Of a stretch of 64,000 nucleotides of DNA, positions 21,429 through 33,431 are shown piece by piece. The translations under genes were made by a program, and so were the position numbers. Position 1 is the first letter of the stretch, and each line of letters starts with the position of its first letter. Origin of the DNA: TPA_inf: Saccharomyces (Eukaryota); assembly GCA_000146045.2 (NCBI GenBank), contig BK006942.2, forward strand, positions 320,001 to 384,000, in the 5' to 3' direction. The notes under the pieces are model-generated. The model was not told the DNA's origin, made no database searches, and saw nothing but the letters and a program-made list of their open reading frames with translations.

Positions 21429-22535
21429 AGAGAAGCTTATTACCTTCCCCTTCCATCTATGCACGGTGTCTCGTACTTCCATAGAGCACCGATTAGTGAA
21501 TACTAAAACTATGTGCGTGATAAATGGTTCTCTTTTACAGATGCGGTAAATCAATTATTGATATACTACATAACATACAAACATGTTTCATTTCCGTAAT
21601 ACAAATTACAATTGTATAATTAAAAAATATAAAAAACTTCGTGATATGAAATCACATTTTGCTATTGAGTTTGCCACATGAGCGGTATACGAACTATTCG
21701 TTATTTTATGACTTTAAAAGCCATACCGAAAGTAGGCTTGAGAAGTATGACTACTGTAGGAGTGACCACTACTGTTAAATGCAGATAGCCGTCTTATGCT
21801 CTTCCCTTGTTCTTCTGAATTGGGAATGCATAGCTTGAAACATCAATCTTAATAAGGTCTTGTTTGTTTCTGCTTGGCTTTCATAGTAGCAAATAGTTTC
21901 GACCTTAATGTAAGAAATAAAAGCAATCGTTAATTTGAGTAAAGATAACCACTCTTCCTCTTCTACTATCAATATAATAAGAATAACGCTTATGGTTTAT
22001 TTTAGCTTTTTTGAAAGCTAAACATTAAAAAAGAATAAAAATGCACGGCATACCTACATATTTTAAAAACATATATTTTATGATTGACTTTAGCAAAAGT
22101 TGGCGCTGGGTACTTTGAGACTCTTTCCTACAAAACGTTACCAACACTTGCTAGTCTAATCTAATCTACTTAATCAAGGTTTTAGTGGCGTACCATGTGA
22201 CGGCCATCAAATGCCATCAGTTCTACAAGTTCACATATATTTATATATAACTATTCTCCTAACTTGTATAATATTATACCGAGACAGAGGATAGATTCAA
22301 TTGATTTCACATACCGGATTATGTTCCTTCCCAAGTTCTCAATCTTATTTAGACTTTTTTTTTTAATTACATTGTCGCCCACTTCGGCAGAAAAAATATA
22401 ACGACAAAGTAATGGCATCGCATCGACCTAATGAAATACTACTGGCAGACGGTATGGAGAGCTCAAAAATTCCCAAAGCAGAAAACAATACTGATTTCTG
22501 ATACTAAAACGAGATAGGTTAATAGCAAAATCGGG

Positions 22536-22835
22536 ATGGTAAACGTGAAAGTGGAGTTTCTAGGTGGACTTGATGCTATTTTTGGAAAACAAAGAGTACA
22601 TAAAATTAAGATGGACAAAGAAGATCCTGTCACAGTGGGCGATTTGATTGACCACATTGTATCTACTATGATCAATAACCCTAATGACGTTAGTATCTTC
22701 ATCGAAGATGATTCTATAAGACCCGGTATCATCACATTAATCAACGACACCGATTGGGAGCTCGAAGGCGAAAAAGACTACATATTGGAAGACGGTGACA
22801 TCATCTCTTTTACTTCAACATTACATGGTGGTTAA
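22536..22835 (+). CDS. URM1: URM1, ubiquitin-related modifier and tRNA thiolation sulfur carrier (99 aa, C-terminal GG)
   Basis: 99-aa [30 protein letters not shown]...TSTLHGG with a beta-grasp fold and diglycine C-terminus. Confidence 0.9.
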
Positions 22836-22993
22836 AAATAGCAGCAAATAATTTTTAAGAAGCAGCTACATATATATATATAAAGTGCTGTACAGCTTGA
22901 ATGAATCACAAGTTAGATAACGTAGGTAATATGCAGATAGTATAAAAAGTAATAGTAATAACTGGATTGGTTTTTTTTAGTACATGACGAAGA

Positions 22994-23656
22994 TTATAGC
23001 TCTTGTATCCTACAACCCAAAAGACCTCTACCATTCCAGTTTCTCGAAGGTGTTAGCGATGTCTTTAGGATTTGCCCTTCTCTCAAGAGAAGGACGGGAA
23101 GTGGCCTGTCTTCATTTTTCATTACAACCATCTGAATGTTTTGAAGTTTAGAGTGGTTTGCCGCATGCACATTACCAATAGAAATCAGCTTATCATCAAC
23201 CTTTATGTCTGCTTTATCTGAAGGGCTACCGGGTACTACCTCACTGATAAATGCAAAAGGGATGGTATACTGAATAGCTTGATCGTCGTTATTCCTTCTT
23301 GCATCTTGGTTTGACTTAACGTTCATATTATCAAAGTGCTGGTTTAGTAAGACGTGTGATCTTTGCAAAAGGTGATTTAAATCATTCTTCAGCATATTAA
23401 CATTCTTTCTGATCATAGTGACTTGCAATACATCGACATCCGAACGAGGATACCCGTCTGGCGTCACCAACGCAGAGTCCATGCCGATGCCTTGCTGCTC
23501 AAGCACACTGAAATACGCCTCTAGTTGTGTCTCAATATCTGTCTTTAGAACCATCAATTCCGACAGTTTGAAGCTGTCTATTTGACTAATTCTTGATGTT
23601 AGGCTCGGATCTATCTTAACATTGGCCAACAATTTACTTAATTCTTCTTCCTCCAT
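22994..23656 (-). CDS. NAS2: NAS2, PDZ-domain proteasome regulatory-particle assembly chaperone (220 aa)
   Basis: 220-aa ORF. The C-terminal PDZ region (FAFISEVVPGSPSDKADIKVDDKLISIGNVHA) and the position fit YIL007C. Confidence 0.8.
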   Translation of the reverse strand: MEEEELSKLLANVKIDPSLTSRISQIDSFKLSELMVLKTDIETQLEAYFSVLEQQGIGMDSALVTPDGYPRSDVDVLQVTMIRKNVNMLKNDLNHLLQRSHVLLNQHFDNMNVKSNQDARRNNDDQAIQYTIPFAFISEVVPGSPSDKADIKVDDKLISIGNVHAANHSKLQNIQMVVMKNEDRPLPVLLLREGQILKTSLTPSRNWNGRGLLGCRIQEL

Positions 23657-24061
23657 TGTAGTTCGTTCTTATTCTAATTCTTGCTCCTTTTTACTCTGGT
23701 GATAACTTTTCTATCTCTCAATGCTGAACATTTTTTTTCCCTTTATTATCCAATATTCCAACCGTTATAAAGTAAGCCTTATCGAACACAATCCACGGCG
23801 CACGCAAGGGACAGCAAATTTCGAGAATTAATGAATAGCCAGTAGTAAGATCCGTATTGATAAAGGTCATAGATCCCAACCTTTATGTGAGCCAGCCCGA
23901 AGGGCCCTTTAAATGACTCTCATAATATGGTCCAATAGCACCAATTTCTAGGGGTTACCCACCGGCCTAGTGCTTAATCGAATTCTGAAAAGAATCTCTA
24001 CTACAGACTGCCAACCGTAATAGTAGTGAGATCAACACTGAAGGCAGCAGTCTTTAGCACA

Positions 24062-25183
24062 ATGACACAGACTGATAATCCTGTCCCCAACTGCGGTTTA
24101 CTGCCCGAGCAGCAGTATTGCTCTGCAGACCATGAAGAGCCACTGTTGTTGCATGAAGAACAATTGATATTCCCTGATCATTCCTCCCAACTGTCCTCAG
24201 CAGATATCATCGAGCCCATCAAGATGAACAGCAGTACTGAGTCAATTATAGGGACAACGCTGCGAAAGAAATGGGTACCACTATCCTCAACTCAGATCAC
24301 AGCTCTTTCCGGCGCATTTGCTGGATTCTTATCAGGTGTGGCAGTATGTCCCCTCGATGTTGCCAAAACGCGATTGCAAGCACAAGGACTACAAACTAGG
24401 TTCGAGAACCCCTACTATAGGGGGATAATGGGGACATTAAGTACTATAGTAAGAGACGAAGGCCCGCGGGGCCTCTACAAAGGGCTGGTACCGATTGTCC
24501 TGGGCTACTTCCCAACCTGGATGATATACTTCTCCGTGTATGAATTCAGCAAAAAGTTCTTTCACGGCATCTTCCCACAGTTTGATTTTGTTGCTCAGTC
24601 ATGTGCTGCAATCACGGCAGGCGCTGCATCTACCACCTTGACCAACCCAATCTGGGTTGTGAAGACAAGACTTATGCTGCAATCAAACCTCGGTGAGCAC
24701 CCCACACATTACAAAGGCACTTTCGATGCATTCAGAAAGCTATTTTATCAGGAAGGGTTTAAAGCATTATATGCGGGGCTGGTCCCCTCATTATTAGGGC
24801 TATTTCATGTGGCTATCCATTTCCCTATATACGAAGATTTGAAGGTAAGATTTCACTGCTATTCTCGGGAGAACAACACCAACTCCATCAACTTGCAACG
24901 GTTGATCATGGCATCGTCCGTCTCTAAGATGATTGCATCAGCAGTAACATATCCGCACGAAATTTTACGAACCAGAATGCAACTGAAATCAGATATACCA
25001 GATTCCATTCAACGACGTCTGTTCCCCCTCATTAAAGCAACTTATGCACAAGAGGGACTAAAGGGATTTTATTCTGGATTTACTACTAACCTAGTACGAA
25101 CCATTCCGGCCTCGGCAATCACTCTAGTGTCCTTTGAGTATTTCAGAAACCGCCTAGAAAATATTAGCACTATGGTAATTTAA
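24062..25183 (+). CDS. YIA6: YIA6 (NDT1), mitochondrial carrier family NAD+ transporter (373 aa)
   Basis: Three mitochondrial-carrier repeats with PxD/ExxK/R signatures ([33 protein letters not shown]). The ATG at 24062 gives 373 aa. The track start at 24026 is 12 codons further upstream. Confidence 0.8.
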   Translation: MTQTDNPVPNCGLLPEQQYCSADHEEPLLLHEEQLIFPDHSSQLSSADIIEPIKMNSSTESIIGTTLRKKWVPLSSTQITALSGAFAGFLSGVAVCPLDVAKTRLQAQGLQTRFENPYYRGIMGTLSTIVRDEGPRGLYKGLVPIVLGYFPTWMIYFSVYEFSKKFFHGIFPQFDFVAQSCAAITAGAASTTLTNPIWVVKTRLMLQSNLGEHPTHYKGTFDAFRKLFYQEGFKALYAGLVPSLLGLFHVAIHFPIYEDLKVRFHCYSRENNTNSINLQRLIMASSVSKMIASAVTYPHEILRTRMQLKSDIPDSIQRRLFPLIKATYAQEGLKGFYSGFTTNLVRTIPASAITLVSFEYFRNRLENISTMVI

Positions 25184-25691
25184 AGCCTTAAAATTCACAC
25201 ACGCCACACATTGAGTGTGCTATGAATATGCCTGCGCTAATATTTTAGGTATTACAGCTTGTAAATATACCAAATAAGGTAAGCCTCTCTTTTCCTAATA
25301 CTAAAAGGATTTGCATCGAACAGCCCACCAAATGCTTTGCGCACACATTATATACACCCACATGATTCTATAGACAAAATATACTTATACATTTTCATAG
25401 TCTTGACAATATTCTACATTGGCCGTTTTCTTGGCACTATTTTAGCTTATCCTTACCAAAATAGTCTCTTTTTTAAATACTATTTTTGAAGCGGAAATAG
25501 GTGCGAACAAATGAATGGCTTCAATTTAGTGCGATAAAGACGTAAAGCATAAACCAGTGAAGATCATAGCACTAAGAAGGCGCCTGTACTGTTCCTCGTG
25601 TTGATACTCATTTCCTTATTTATTTTCCTCAAGAAATTCTATCCAGGAAAGAAAAATACTATCTATAAAAACTAGCTGTAAGGCAGCAGCC

Positions 25692-27797
25692 ATGAAAATG
25701 AATCTGAAAAGGCTCGTAGTTACCTTCTTCTCATGCATCACCTTTCTGCTGAAATTCACTATAGCCGCCGCTGAACCACCAGAGGGCTTTCCAGAGCCCT
25801 TAAATCCAACAAACTTCAAAGAAGAGCTATCTAAGGGGCTGCATATTATTGACTTCTATAGTCCATACTGTCCGCACTGCAAACATTTAGCACCTGTTTG
25901 GATGGAAACATGGGAGGAGTTTAAAGAGGAGAGCAAAACACTGAACATAACATTTTCACAGGTTAACTGCATCGAGAGCGCCGATTTGTGTGGAGATGAA
26001 AATATTGAATACTTCCCTGAAATTAGACTTTATAACCCCTCAGGATACATCAAATCGTTCACTGAAACACCGAGGACCAAAGAATCATTAATTGCATTTG
26101 CACGCAGGGAGTCTATGGACCCAAATAACCTCGATACTGATCTGGATTCTGCTAAAAGTGAGAGCCAGTATCTCGAAGGCTTTGATTTTCTCGAGCTGAT
26201 CGCTGGTAAGGCGACTAGGCCACATTTGGTTTCCTTCTGGCCAACAAAAGATATGAAAAATAGCGATGATTCACTAGAATTCAAAAACTGTGACAAATGC
26301 CATGAATTCCAAAGGACTTGGAAGATCATTTCAAGACAGTTAGCCGTGGATGATATCAACACGGGCCACGTTAATTGCGAATCTAATCCAACAATCTGTG
26401 AAGAACTGGGCTTTGGCGACTTGGTGAAAATAACCAACCACAGAGCCGATAGAGAACCCAAGGTAGCATTAGTCCTACCCAATAAAACCTCAAATAATTT
26501 GTTCGACTATCCCAATGGCTACTCAGCGAAGTCAGATGGCTATGTAGATTTTGCCAGGAGGACTTTTACAAACAGTAAATTTCCCAATATAACAGAAGGG
26601 GAGCTCGAAAAAAAAGCAAACAGAGACATTGATTTTCTGCAAGAAAGGGGACGAGTAACTAATAATGATATCCATTTAGTTTTTTCATATGACCCCGAAA
26701 CTGTTGTTATTGAAGATTTTGACATTTTGGAGTATTTAATCGAGCCTTTGTCAAAAATTCCAAACATATATTTGCACCAAATTGACAAGAATCTAATAAA
26801 TTTGTCACGTAATCTTTTTGGAAGAATGTATGAAAAGATCAACTACGACGCCAGCCAAACTCAAAAGGTTTTTAACAAAGAATACTTTACTATGAATACG
26901 GTTACGCAACTCCCAACTTTTTTCATGTTTAAAGATGGTGATCCCATATCCTATGTTTTCCCCGGATACTCCACAACAGAAATGAGAAATATTGATGCCA
27001 TTATGGATTGGGTAAAAAAGTATTCTAATCCCTTAGTTACCGAAGTTGACTCTTCTAATTTGAAAAAATTAATTTCCTTCCAAACCAAGAGCTACAGTGA
27101 TTTAGCAATTCAGTTAATAAGTAGCACTGACCACAAACATATCAAAGGAAGCAACAAGCTTATTAAAAACTTGCTCCTCGCAAGTTGGGAGTATGAACAT
27201 ATTCGGATGGAAAATAACTTCGAAGAAATTAATGAGAGAAGGGCAAGGAAAGCAGACGGGATCAAGAAAATAAAGGAAAAAAAGGCTCCGGCTAACAAAA
27301 TTGTTGATAAAATGCGTGAAGAGATTCCCCATATGGATCAAAAAAAATTGTTATTAGGATATTTAGATATTTCAAAGGAGAAGAATTTTTTTAGAAAATA
27401 TGGTATTACTGGAGAATATAAAATTGGTGATGTGATTATCATTGATAAATCAAATAATTACTACTACAATAAAGATAATTTTGGCAACTCCTTGACTTCT
27501 AACAACCCTCAATTGCTGAGAGAAGCATTCGTGTCCTTAAATATTCCATCAAAAGCTCTATACAGCTCTAAGTTGAAGGGGAGATTGATAAATTCTCCAT
27601 TCCATAATGTCCTCAGTTTCCTAGACATAATCCACGGGAACGGCATGCCCGGTTACTTAATTGTTATTGTTTTGTTTATCGCAATACTCAAAGGTCCATC
27701 TATTTACAGAAGATACAAAGTAAGGAAACACTATAGGGCGAAAAGGAACGCTGTCGGTATCCTAGGAAATATGGAGAAAAAAAAAAATCAAGATTAA
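25692..27797 (+). CDS. EPS1: EPS1, ER membrane protein-disulfide-isomerase family member (701 aa)
   Basis: Signal peptide, a thioredoxin-like CPHC active site (YSPYCPHCKHLAP), a later thioredoxin-like domain, a C-terminal TM helix and a KKKNQD tail. Confidence 0.85.
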   Translation: MKMNLKRLVVTFFSCITFLLKFTIAAAEPPEGFPEPLNPTNFKEELSKGLHIIDFYSPYCPHCKHLAPVWMETWEEFKEESKTLNITFSQVNCIESADLCGDENIEYFPEIRLYNPSGYIKSFTETPRTKESLIAFARRESMDPNNLDTDLDSAKSESQYLEGFDFLELIAGKATRPHLVSFWPTKDMKNSDDSLEFKNCDKCHEFQRTWKIISRQLAVDDINTGHVNCESNPTICEELGFGDLVKITNHRADREPKVALVLPNKTSNNLFDYPNGYSAKSDGYVDFARRTFTNSKFPNITEGELEKKANRDIDFLQERGRVTNNDIHLVFSYDPETVVIEDFDILEYLIEPLSKIPNIYLHQIDKNLINLSRNLFGRMYEKINYDASQTQKVFNKEYFTMNTVTQLPTFFMFKDGDPISYVFPGYSTTEMRNIDAIMDWVKKYSNPLVTEVDSSNLKKLISFQTKSYSDLAIQLISSTDHKHIKGSNKLIKNLLLASWEYEHIRMENNFEEINERRARKADGIKKIKEKKAPANKIVDKMREEIPHMDQKKLLLGYLDISKEKNFFRKYGITGEYKIGDVIIIDKSNNYYYNKDNFGNSLTSNNPQLLREAFVSLNIPSKALYSSKLKGRLINSPFHNVLSFLDIIHGNGMPGYLIVIVLFIAILKGPSIYRRYKVRKHYRAKRNAVGILGNMEKKKNQD

Positions 27798-27945
27798 ACG
27801 CTTAAGTAGTTATAAAAATAAAAGAATGCTGATATCTTATGATGCTATCATAACTATCCTTTATTTCACGTATCAATATCTACAATCATCTAACAAACGT
27901 CGCTCTTATTTTGTCACTTAGGTTTAATGTACAATATGCAAATAT

Positions 27946-28505
27946 TTATGTAATCCATACCCAAAAAAATAGCACGCCTACCATAAAAAATATTATTAAC
28001 CATGTTTTTATACTGATCCCAGATCTTCTGGCCATCTCCATCATGTTTCCAAAAGTCCTTTTGAGTTTTACAGAAGTGTTATGGAAAGTATCACCAAGCT
28101 GGTCAATAGTTTGATTGCTGCCTCTAATCTCATCACCCATCTTCAACGATAATGACTTGAGTGCTTTTATTCTCTGACCCATAGCTCCCATCTGTTCCTC
28201 ACTTTGAGATTCAAGAGATGCCAAAGTACTTTGGGAGTAGTCTAATTTATCTGTGCTCCCTAGCGCTGATGATACATTGTCATCGAGACTATTTGATCCA
28301 TCAGCCGGTCCGAATAACTGTGTTCTACCAGTATCACGTTGATAAGCGTTTCCCCCTGCAAATCTATATACACACGCTATAGTTAGTAAACGAAGTTCAC
28401 TCGTGGTCAATAACTCCCAATATCGAGGTGTTATGGTAGATGTTTAACAAAAAGCGCTACTCTAACTTTAGAATAGTCTAATAATTTCTCATACCTTGAA
28501 CTCAT
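27946..28505 (-). CDS. BET1: BET1, ER-Golgi v-SNARE (142 aa), two exons. Exon 1 is 28495..28505 (ATGAGTTCAAG), the intron is 28364..28494 (131 nt), exon 2 is 27946..28363.
   Basis: Minus strand: ATGAGTTCAAG|GTATGA...TACTAAC (branch point, complement of 28383..28389)...TATAG|ATTTGCAGGGGGAAAC. The spliced product MSSRFAGGNAYQRDTGRTQLFGP... has a SNARE coiled coil and a C-terminal TM anchor. The unspliced ORF offered by the track (MTTSELRLL...) only starts inside the intron. Confidence 0.85.
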
Positions 28506-29121
28506 CTGTGTAGCCTAGTGTTGTGAGGCTCTTCAATCACATTTTCTAACACATTCACAGTCTCAAGTGAACTACTGTTTGTTTTCTACCATTCCTTGGC
28601 AAAAGGCGCGAGTTGAAAAAACTCCATTTTTAACAACTACTGGATACTTTCGCAATTTAAAATTAATGGAAGAAAGAGCCGTGAACGTTCCTACGTAGCT
28701 TGCAACAACGGTAGAGTAGTATCCGCCAATTAGCATGCATAAATTTCATCTGAGATAGTGCAACATTATAAAAAATCACTAATACTTTCCCTGATATGTC
28801 GCCCCTTCAAATTTTTTGCACGCCACATCGATAAGAGTGAAACATATCCCTGAACAGTAACCTAGAATGTACAGAAATAACTGGAAATACAATTACAAAG
28901 CGATAATTACGGGATCTTTGGTTCCTATCACAGAGTAAACACCATGGGTTTATTAGATATTATTTGGAAGAATCACATTAGACGGCTCATCGCGCAAGTA
29001 ATAGCAAAATGGAAAGAAATCGGAAGGCTTCATTAGTCATGAACGTTTTACACCATCAAAATGAAAACTATACACATGCGTCGAGGAGCACCCAAAACTA
29101 ATACGACTATTACAATTAAGC

Positions 29122-30003
29122 ATGGAGGAACAGGAGATAGGCGTTCCTGCGGCCTCTTTGGCAGGAATAAAACATATCATATTGATCCTTTCCGGAAAAG
29201 GTGGTGTCGGTAAAAGTTCGGTAACGACACAGACTGCGCTGACTCTTTGCAGTATGGGCTTCAAAGTTGGAGTTTTAGATATTGATTTAACAGGGCCATC
29301 CTTACCGAGGATGTTTGGCCTAGAGAACGAATCTATATATCAAGGTCCTGAAGGTTGGCAACCTGTGAAAGTGGAGACAAACTCTACTGGCTCTCTTAGT
29401 GTAATATCATTGGGGTTTCTACTAGGTGATAGAGGGAACAGCGTGATATGGAGGGGTCCTAAGAAGACTTCTATGATAAAACAATTCATCTCTGACGTCG
29501 CCTGGGGTGAACTGGATTACTTACTGATCGATACCCCTCCGGGAACGTCGGATGAACATATATCGATTGCAGAGGAGCTGAGATATTCCAAACCAGATGG
29601 TGGTATTGTAGTAACTACCCCACAGAGTGTTGCAACAGCTGATGTCAAAAAAGAAATCAATTTCTGCAAGAAGGTCGATTTAAAGATCCTCGGTATAATT
29701 GAAAACATGTCAGGGTTTGTATGCCCGCATTGTGCTGAGTGTACAAATATCTTTTCCAGTGGGGGTGGTAAAAGATTATCGGAGCAATTTTCTGTCCCAT
29801 ACCTTGGTAACGTTCCTATAGATCCAAAATTTGTAGAAATGATTGAGAATCAAGTTTCAAGTAAAAAAACGCTTGTAGAAATGTACAGAGAATCATCTCT
29901 TTGTCCCATTTTTGAAGAAATAATGAAGAAACTGAGGAAACAAGACACTACAACCCCTGTTGTGGATAAACACGAGCAACCCCAGATAGAATCTCCAAAA
30001 TAA
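29122..30003 (+). CDS. CFD1: CFD1, cytosolic Fe-S cluster assembly P-loop NTPase (Mrp/NBP35 family) (293 aa)
   Basis: Walker A motif GKGGVGKSS, the conserved CPHC(x2)C cluster-binding motif (FVCPHCAEC) and an exact 293-aa length. Confidence 0.9.
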   Translation: MEEQEIGVPAASLAGIKHIILILSGKGGVGKSSVTTQTALTLCSMGFKVGVLDIDLTGPSLPRMFGLENESIYQGPEGWQPVKVETNSTGSLSVISLGFLLGDRGNSVIWRGPKKTSMIKQFISDVAWGELDYLLIDTPPGTSDEHISIAEELRYSKPDGGIVVTTPQSVATADVKKEINFCKKVDLKILGIIENMSGFVCPHCAECTNIFSSGGGKRLSEQFSVPYLGNVPIDPKFVEMIENQVSSKKTLVEMYRESSLCPIFEEIMKKLRKQDTTTPVVDKHEQPQIESPK

Positions 30004-30300
30004 GATCCTCTCCTATGCATGTACGTATATATATATATATGTGTGTGTGTGTGTTTATATACACTTATATTTTGATCCTTGGGCCTAGAAATAAATTTCG
30101 ATTCCTATTTCGATTCCTATATCGAAAGGTGGTTAGAAGCTAACCGGCAACTGCAGCATGTTCTTCAAGTGGTGATACAAATTTAAAAGGCCGGGTAAAT
30201 ATTGACAAAGAAATAATATTTAATCACACAATTTTGAGAAAGAGCAACTGAATCAATTACTCTAGAGAAATCGCAGAACACTTCACTCGTCGTCAATAAT

Positions 30301-30510
30301 ATGACTCGTGATACACCCGAAGATGTCAGTACTGCAGGCGCAAAGGATATTTTAGATGTTTTGAACCTACTAAAAGGAGGAGAAGAGAAAATCTCGGAAG
30401 TCGAACTTAAGTTGGATGAAATGGAAAAGAAAATGGACTCTCTGTTAGTTCAGTTAGAAGATCTACACAGGGACAACAATGATTTGGCAAAAAGTTCCAG
30501 CCAAAAATAG
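30301..30510 (+). CDS. YIL002W-A: Small 69-aa coiled-coil protein (YIL002W-A)
   Basis: ATG ORF of 69 codons between CFD1 and INP51. It is acidic and predicted helical. Whether it is expressed cannot be judged from sequence. Confidence 0.4.
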   Translation: MTRDTPEDVSTAGAKDILDVLNLLKGGEEKISEVELKLDEMEKKMDSLLVQLEDLHRDNNDLAKSSSQK

Positions 30511-30590
30511 AGAGTACGCTCACAGCCGCATAGGGAAGGAACGCTAAATAAATATATTTATATATAATCTTTTCACTAATGATCATTTAC

Positions 30591-33431
30591 TTACCTTTCT
30601 ATAAAAAGTGGCTCATCTTCGTTCTCAACGAATGGATTGGGATCTCTTTTAGGATTAATCATGTAAACGGCCGGGTCTACGTCAAGAACTACTTTAACTT
30701 GCTTCCCACTTCCAATCCACCATTTTTTTAAATCCGAACTAGGTGGTGGTAACTTTCTACCTCTTTTGGGCTCGGGAATTGGTGTCGGAGAATGCGTAGG
30801 GCCAGCTATCGAATCACTGCCCTCAAAACTTTCGATAACAAATGCATCATCACTCAAAACTGCAATTTTCTCATCATCATCCAATCCCTCTAGCCTTTCC
30901 ATAATCTTCTCGTAGATTTGCGTACCCAAAGTAGTCTTTTTTTGTTCATCCACTACAGTCACTCTAGCCCTAAATATGGCATATACGGGCCGATGATCGG
31001 AAAATAGTATATCTTCACAGCATTTATATTCTAACTGTTCTAGTACTTCTCCCCTACTTAAAATCCTATCAGTCCATGCTGGTATTCTCATTTTTTCGCT
31101 CGTGTCGTAGTTTTTAGTTCCTGGGTCGAATTTATAGGTAGGTGGGAAATCAATCGCCATTTCATGGAAATATGGAAAAGACTCACCTGCGATCATTTGT
31201 TGATTAAGTTGATCCTTTTCAAATAGGCTGGCATATTCTTTAGAAACAATTTTTCGTCTAACATCTTCGTTTGACATCAATATTCTGTAATTGAAATCGC
31301 CCATCCAAATAATTGCATCGTGATCCTTTATTCGTAATCCTTTAGAAAATCGTATGCTTTTCGCAATCGTCTTATAATCATTATGCCTTTGTTCAACATT
31401 TTCTAAGCCTGCCGCTAAATGAGATACTAGTACGCAAAATCTTGTAGCTGAGTATTTAAAACTAACCGCGACAGCTCCTTTATTAGAAGCCATTCCTCCA
31501 AACCCGGTTTTTTTAACATCCCCCTCAATATGCTTTACCTTGGAATATTCCGTTTCATTCATGAATAATAATAGTAAAATACCACCCAACTGTGTACTCC
31601 ATAAACGGATATATTTTTTTTTGCGTCCGGGCCCATTTAATAGTGTTAATATCTTCTTCTCCCAAAATTGTCGGACATATGGATCGGTAGCAAGCATATG
31701 ACCTGGGGTAAGTTCTACCACTTCTTCTAATCCGATAACATAAAGATCAGCCATTTCATCCTCCTTGGACATTGATTTTGGAAATATCCAATCTTTTATA
31801 TCATCTTTTGGAATTTTACCACTTATATTAAATGTACCTGCAAAAATTGAGATGTCTTTCTCAAACGTATATTTTGACCTTAATTGCTTTAAATACTGAG
31901 AGATGTAGATATGGAGCGGGTCGTATAATCTAACTCGGGAACCAAATAACTTCGAATAAACCTTTGTATATTTACCAGAATTCTTCGTGTGCTTAGTATA
32001 CGTTCGATCAAGCCAGTAATAGTTTTCTGACCATAGCTTATCATGTGCGTCCAAGAATGGGGAAGTCAATTCAAATACATCAATTTCATTTGTGGTTAAT
32101 TCAAGTACCTCCTTGCTCACTAACCTTTCAACTGTGTTAGGTTTTTCAATTGAATCAAATGCGCTTATTCTTAATACCCCCGTTTGTTTTGCAAAGTAGA
32201 TGCCCCTAGAGATATCATAGGCAAACGCTCCAAACTCGTAAATATCCTGTTTTAATAAATAAAGTAATTTGTGGGGAGACTTTGTCAGAACGCTTGAGCT
32301 GTATTCTATATTTGTTATTTTTATTCCCTTTGATTCAGCACAATCCTTGTACGTCAGTGCTAACTTTTCTTGTGATTCGCTTTTAGGTTTTATGATATTA
32401 ACGATACTCACAACACCATACTTTGAGGTTAAATTATCAAAATGCCTGTCAAAAGCTCCCTGAGCTTCAATAGAATCTTTTGTTACCTTAATTTTTTTTC
32501 CATACAACAGTTGACTTTCTACAGATTCCCAAAAAAGAGGAATGCTTCCGTTCACTTGAGTATAAGAAAAAATAAACTTTTCTGTGGTTACTACAATTTC
32601 TGTCTCAACAAATAGCGACACTCTCCCATCTTCACTAATACCCTCCAATTCTAGCGTATCCTGCTTGCTCTCAGTCGAAATTCTGGAAATAATGGTTATA
32701 GAGGCTGTATTTGGGCCGTCTTCTATTAATGCTGTCTTGCAATAACCCCGAATTACAAATGTTAAGAACCCTGCGTTGGCAAAAAGTTGTTTCTCCTCAT
32801 TTGAAATCTTGCTTCTCCAGTTGATTACCTCACTTGCTAAGTTAGCATTCCAAATAAATGATAAATCTTGATTATCTACGGTATATTCTAAGTTATGTGA
32901 TAAACCATGGTTTTTCACGATATTAGAGATGTCGAAATCTCTAGAATAGTAGAATGTTCCATCACTAAACAGTTTTTTCAGGGGGCCGCAAGGATGCTCA
33001 TGAATCAATTTATCATAGTTTTGCTCTGATCTCTCGCAGAGGAGGTAGTCGAAAACATCATTTTCTAAGCTGTAAAAGTCAACATCCAATACTTTATAAA
33101 TGCTCTCCGAAGGCCTAACTTGATGATCTATCAGTTTCCATCGAGGAAACCCAACATTCTGAACACCAGATATGACGGCAACATATATATCACCATTAAG
33201 ACAAACGAGCCCTAATAATCCATTAAATATGCAACTTTTGACTTCGAGATAGTTACTATCACTTGAAAGATCTGTGTCAGGGTAGGACTTGATTGTTACG
33301 CTAGGAGTTTTACTTAATTGACGCTGCTGAGAACTGGCACCTGGTATGCTGCGCAAACGCTGGAAGGATAAACAGTAGTTGTTGGAAGATATTACAATCG
33401 ACCGTGATCTTCTACCGATGAAGAGTCTCAT
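30591..33431 (-). CDS. INP51: INP51, synaptojanin-like phosphatidylinositol 4,5-bisphosphate 5-phosphatase with an N-terminal Sac1 domain (946 aa)
   Basis: 946-aa ORF. The central inositol polyphosphate 5-phosphatase motifs (WMGDFNYRI, PAWTDRIL) lie downstream of an N-terminal Sac1-like domain. Confidence 0.9.
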   Translation of the reverse strand: MRLFIGRRSRSIVISSNNYCLSFQRLRSIPGASSQQRQLSKTPSVTIKSYPDTDLSSDSNYLEVKSCIFNGLLGLVCLNGDIYVAVISGVQNVGFPRWKLIDHQVRPSESIYKVLDVDFYSLENDVFDYLLCERSEQNYDKLIHEHPCGPLKKLFSDGTFYYSRDFDISNIVKNHGLSHNLEYTVDNQDLSFIWNANLASEVINWRSKISNEEKQLFANAGFLTFVIRGYCKTALIEDGPNTASITIISRISTESKQDTLELEGISEDGRVSLFVETEIVVTTEKFIFSYTQVNGSIPLFWESVESQLLYGKKIKVTKDSIEAQGAFDRHFDNLTSKYGVVSIVNIIKPKSESQEKLALTYKDCAESKGIKITNIEYSSSVLTKSPHKLLYLLKQDIYEFGAFAYDISRGIYFAKQTGVLRISAFDSIEKPNTVERLVSKEVLELTTNEIDVFELTSPFLDAHDKLWSENYYWLDRTYTKHTKNSGKYTKVYSKLFGSRVRLYDPLHIYISQYLKQLRSKYTFEKDISIFAGTFNISGKIPKDDIKDWIFPKSMSKEDEMADLYVIGLEEVVELTPGHMLATDPYVRQFWEKKILTLLNGPGRKKKYIRLWSTQLGGILLLLFMNETEYSKVKHIEGDVKKTGFGGMASNKGAVAVSFKYSATRFCVLVSHLAAGLENVEQRHNDYKTIAKSIRFSKGLRIKDHDAIIWMGDFNYRILMSNEDVRRKIVSKEYASLFEKDQLNQQMIAGESFPYFHEMAIDFPPTYKFDPGTKNYDTSEKMRIPAWTDRILSRGEVLEQLEYKCCEDILFSDHRPVYAIFRARVTVVDEQKKTTLGTQIYEKIMERLEGLDDDEKIAVLSDDAFVIESFEGSDSIAGPTHSPTPIPEPKRGRKLPPPSSDLKKWWIGSGKQVKVVLDVDPAVYMINPKRDPNPFVENEDEPLFIER

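Noticed and set aside
26030-26482. 150-aa minus-strand ORF
   Set aside because: It lies entirely inside, and antisense to, the well-supported EPS1 CDS and has no motifs.
27946-28410. Unspliced 154-aa BET1 ORF beginning MTTSELRLL
   Set aside because: Its first 15 codons lie inside a canonical intron (GTATGA...TACTAAC...TATAG). The spliced 142-aa product beginning MSSRFAGG is the coherent SNARE.
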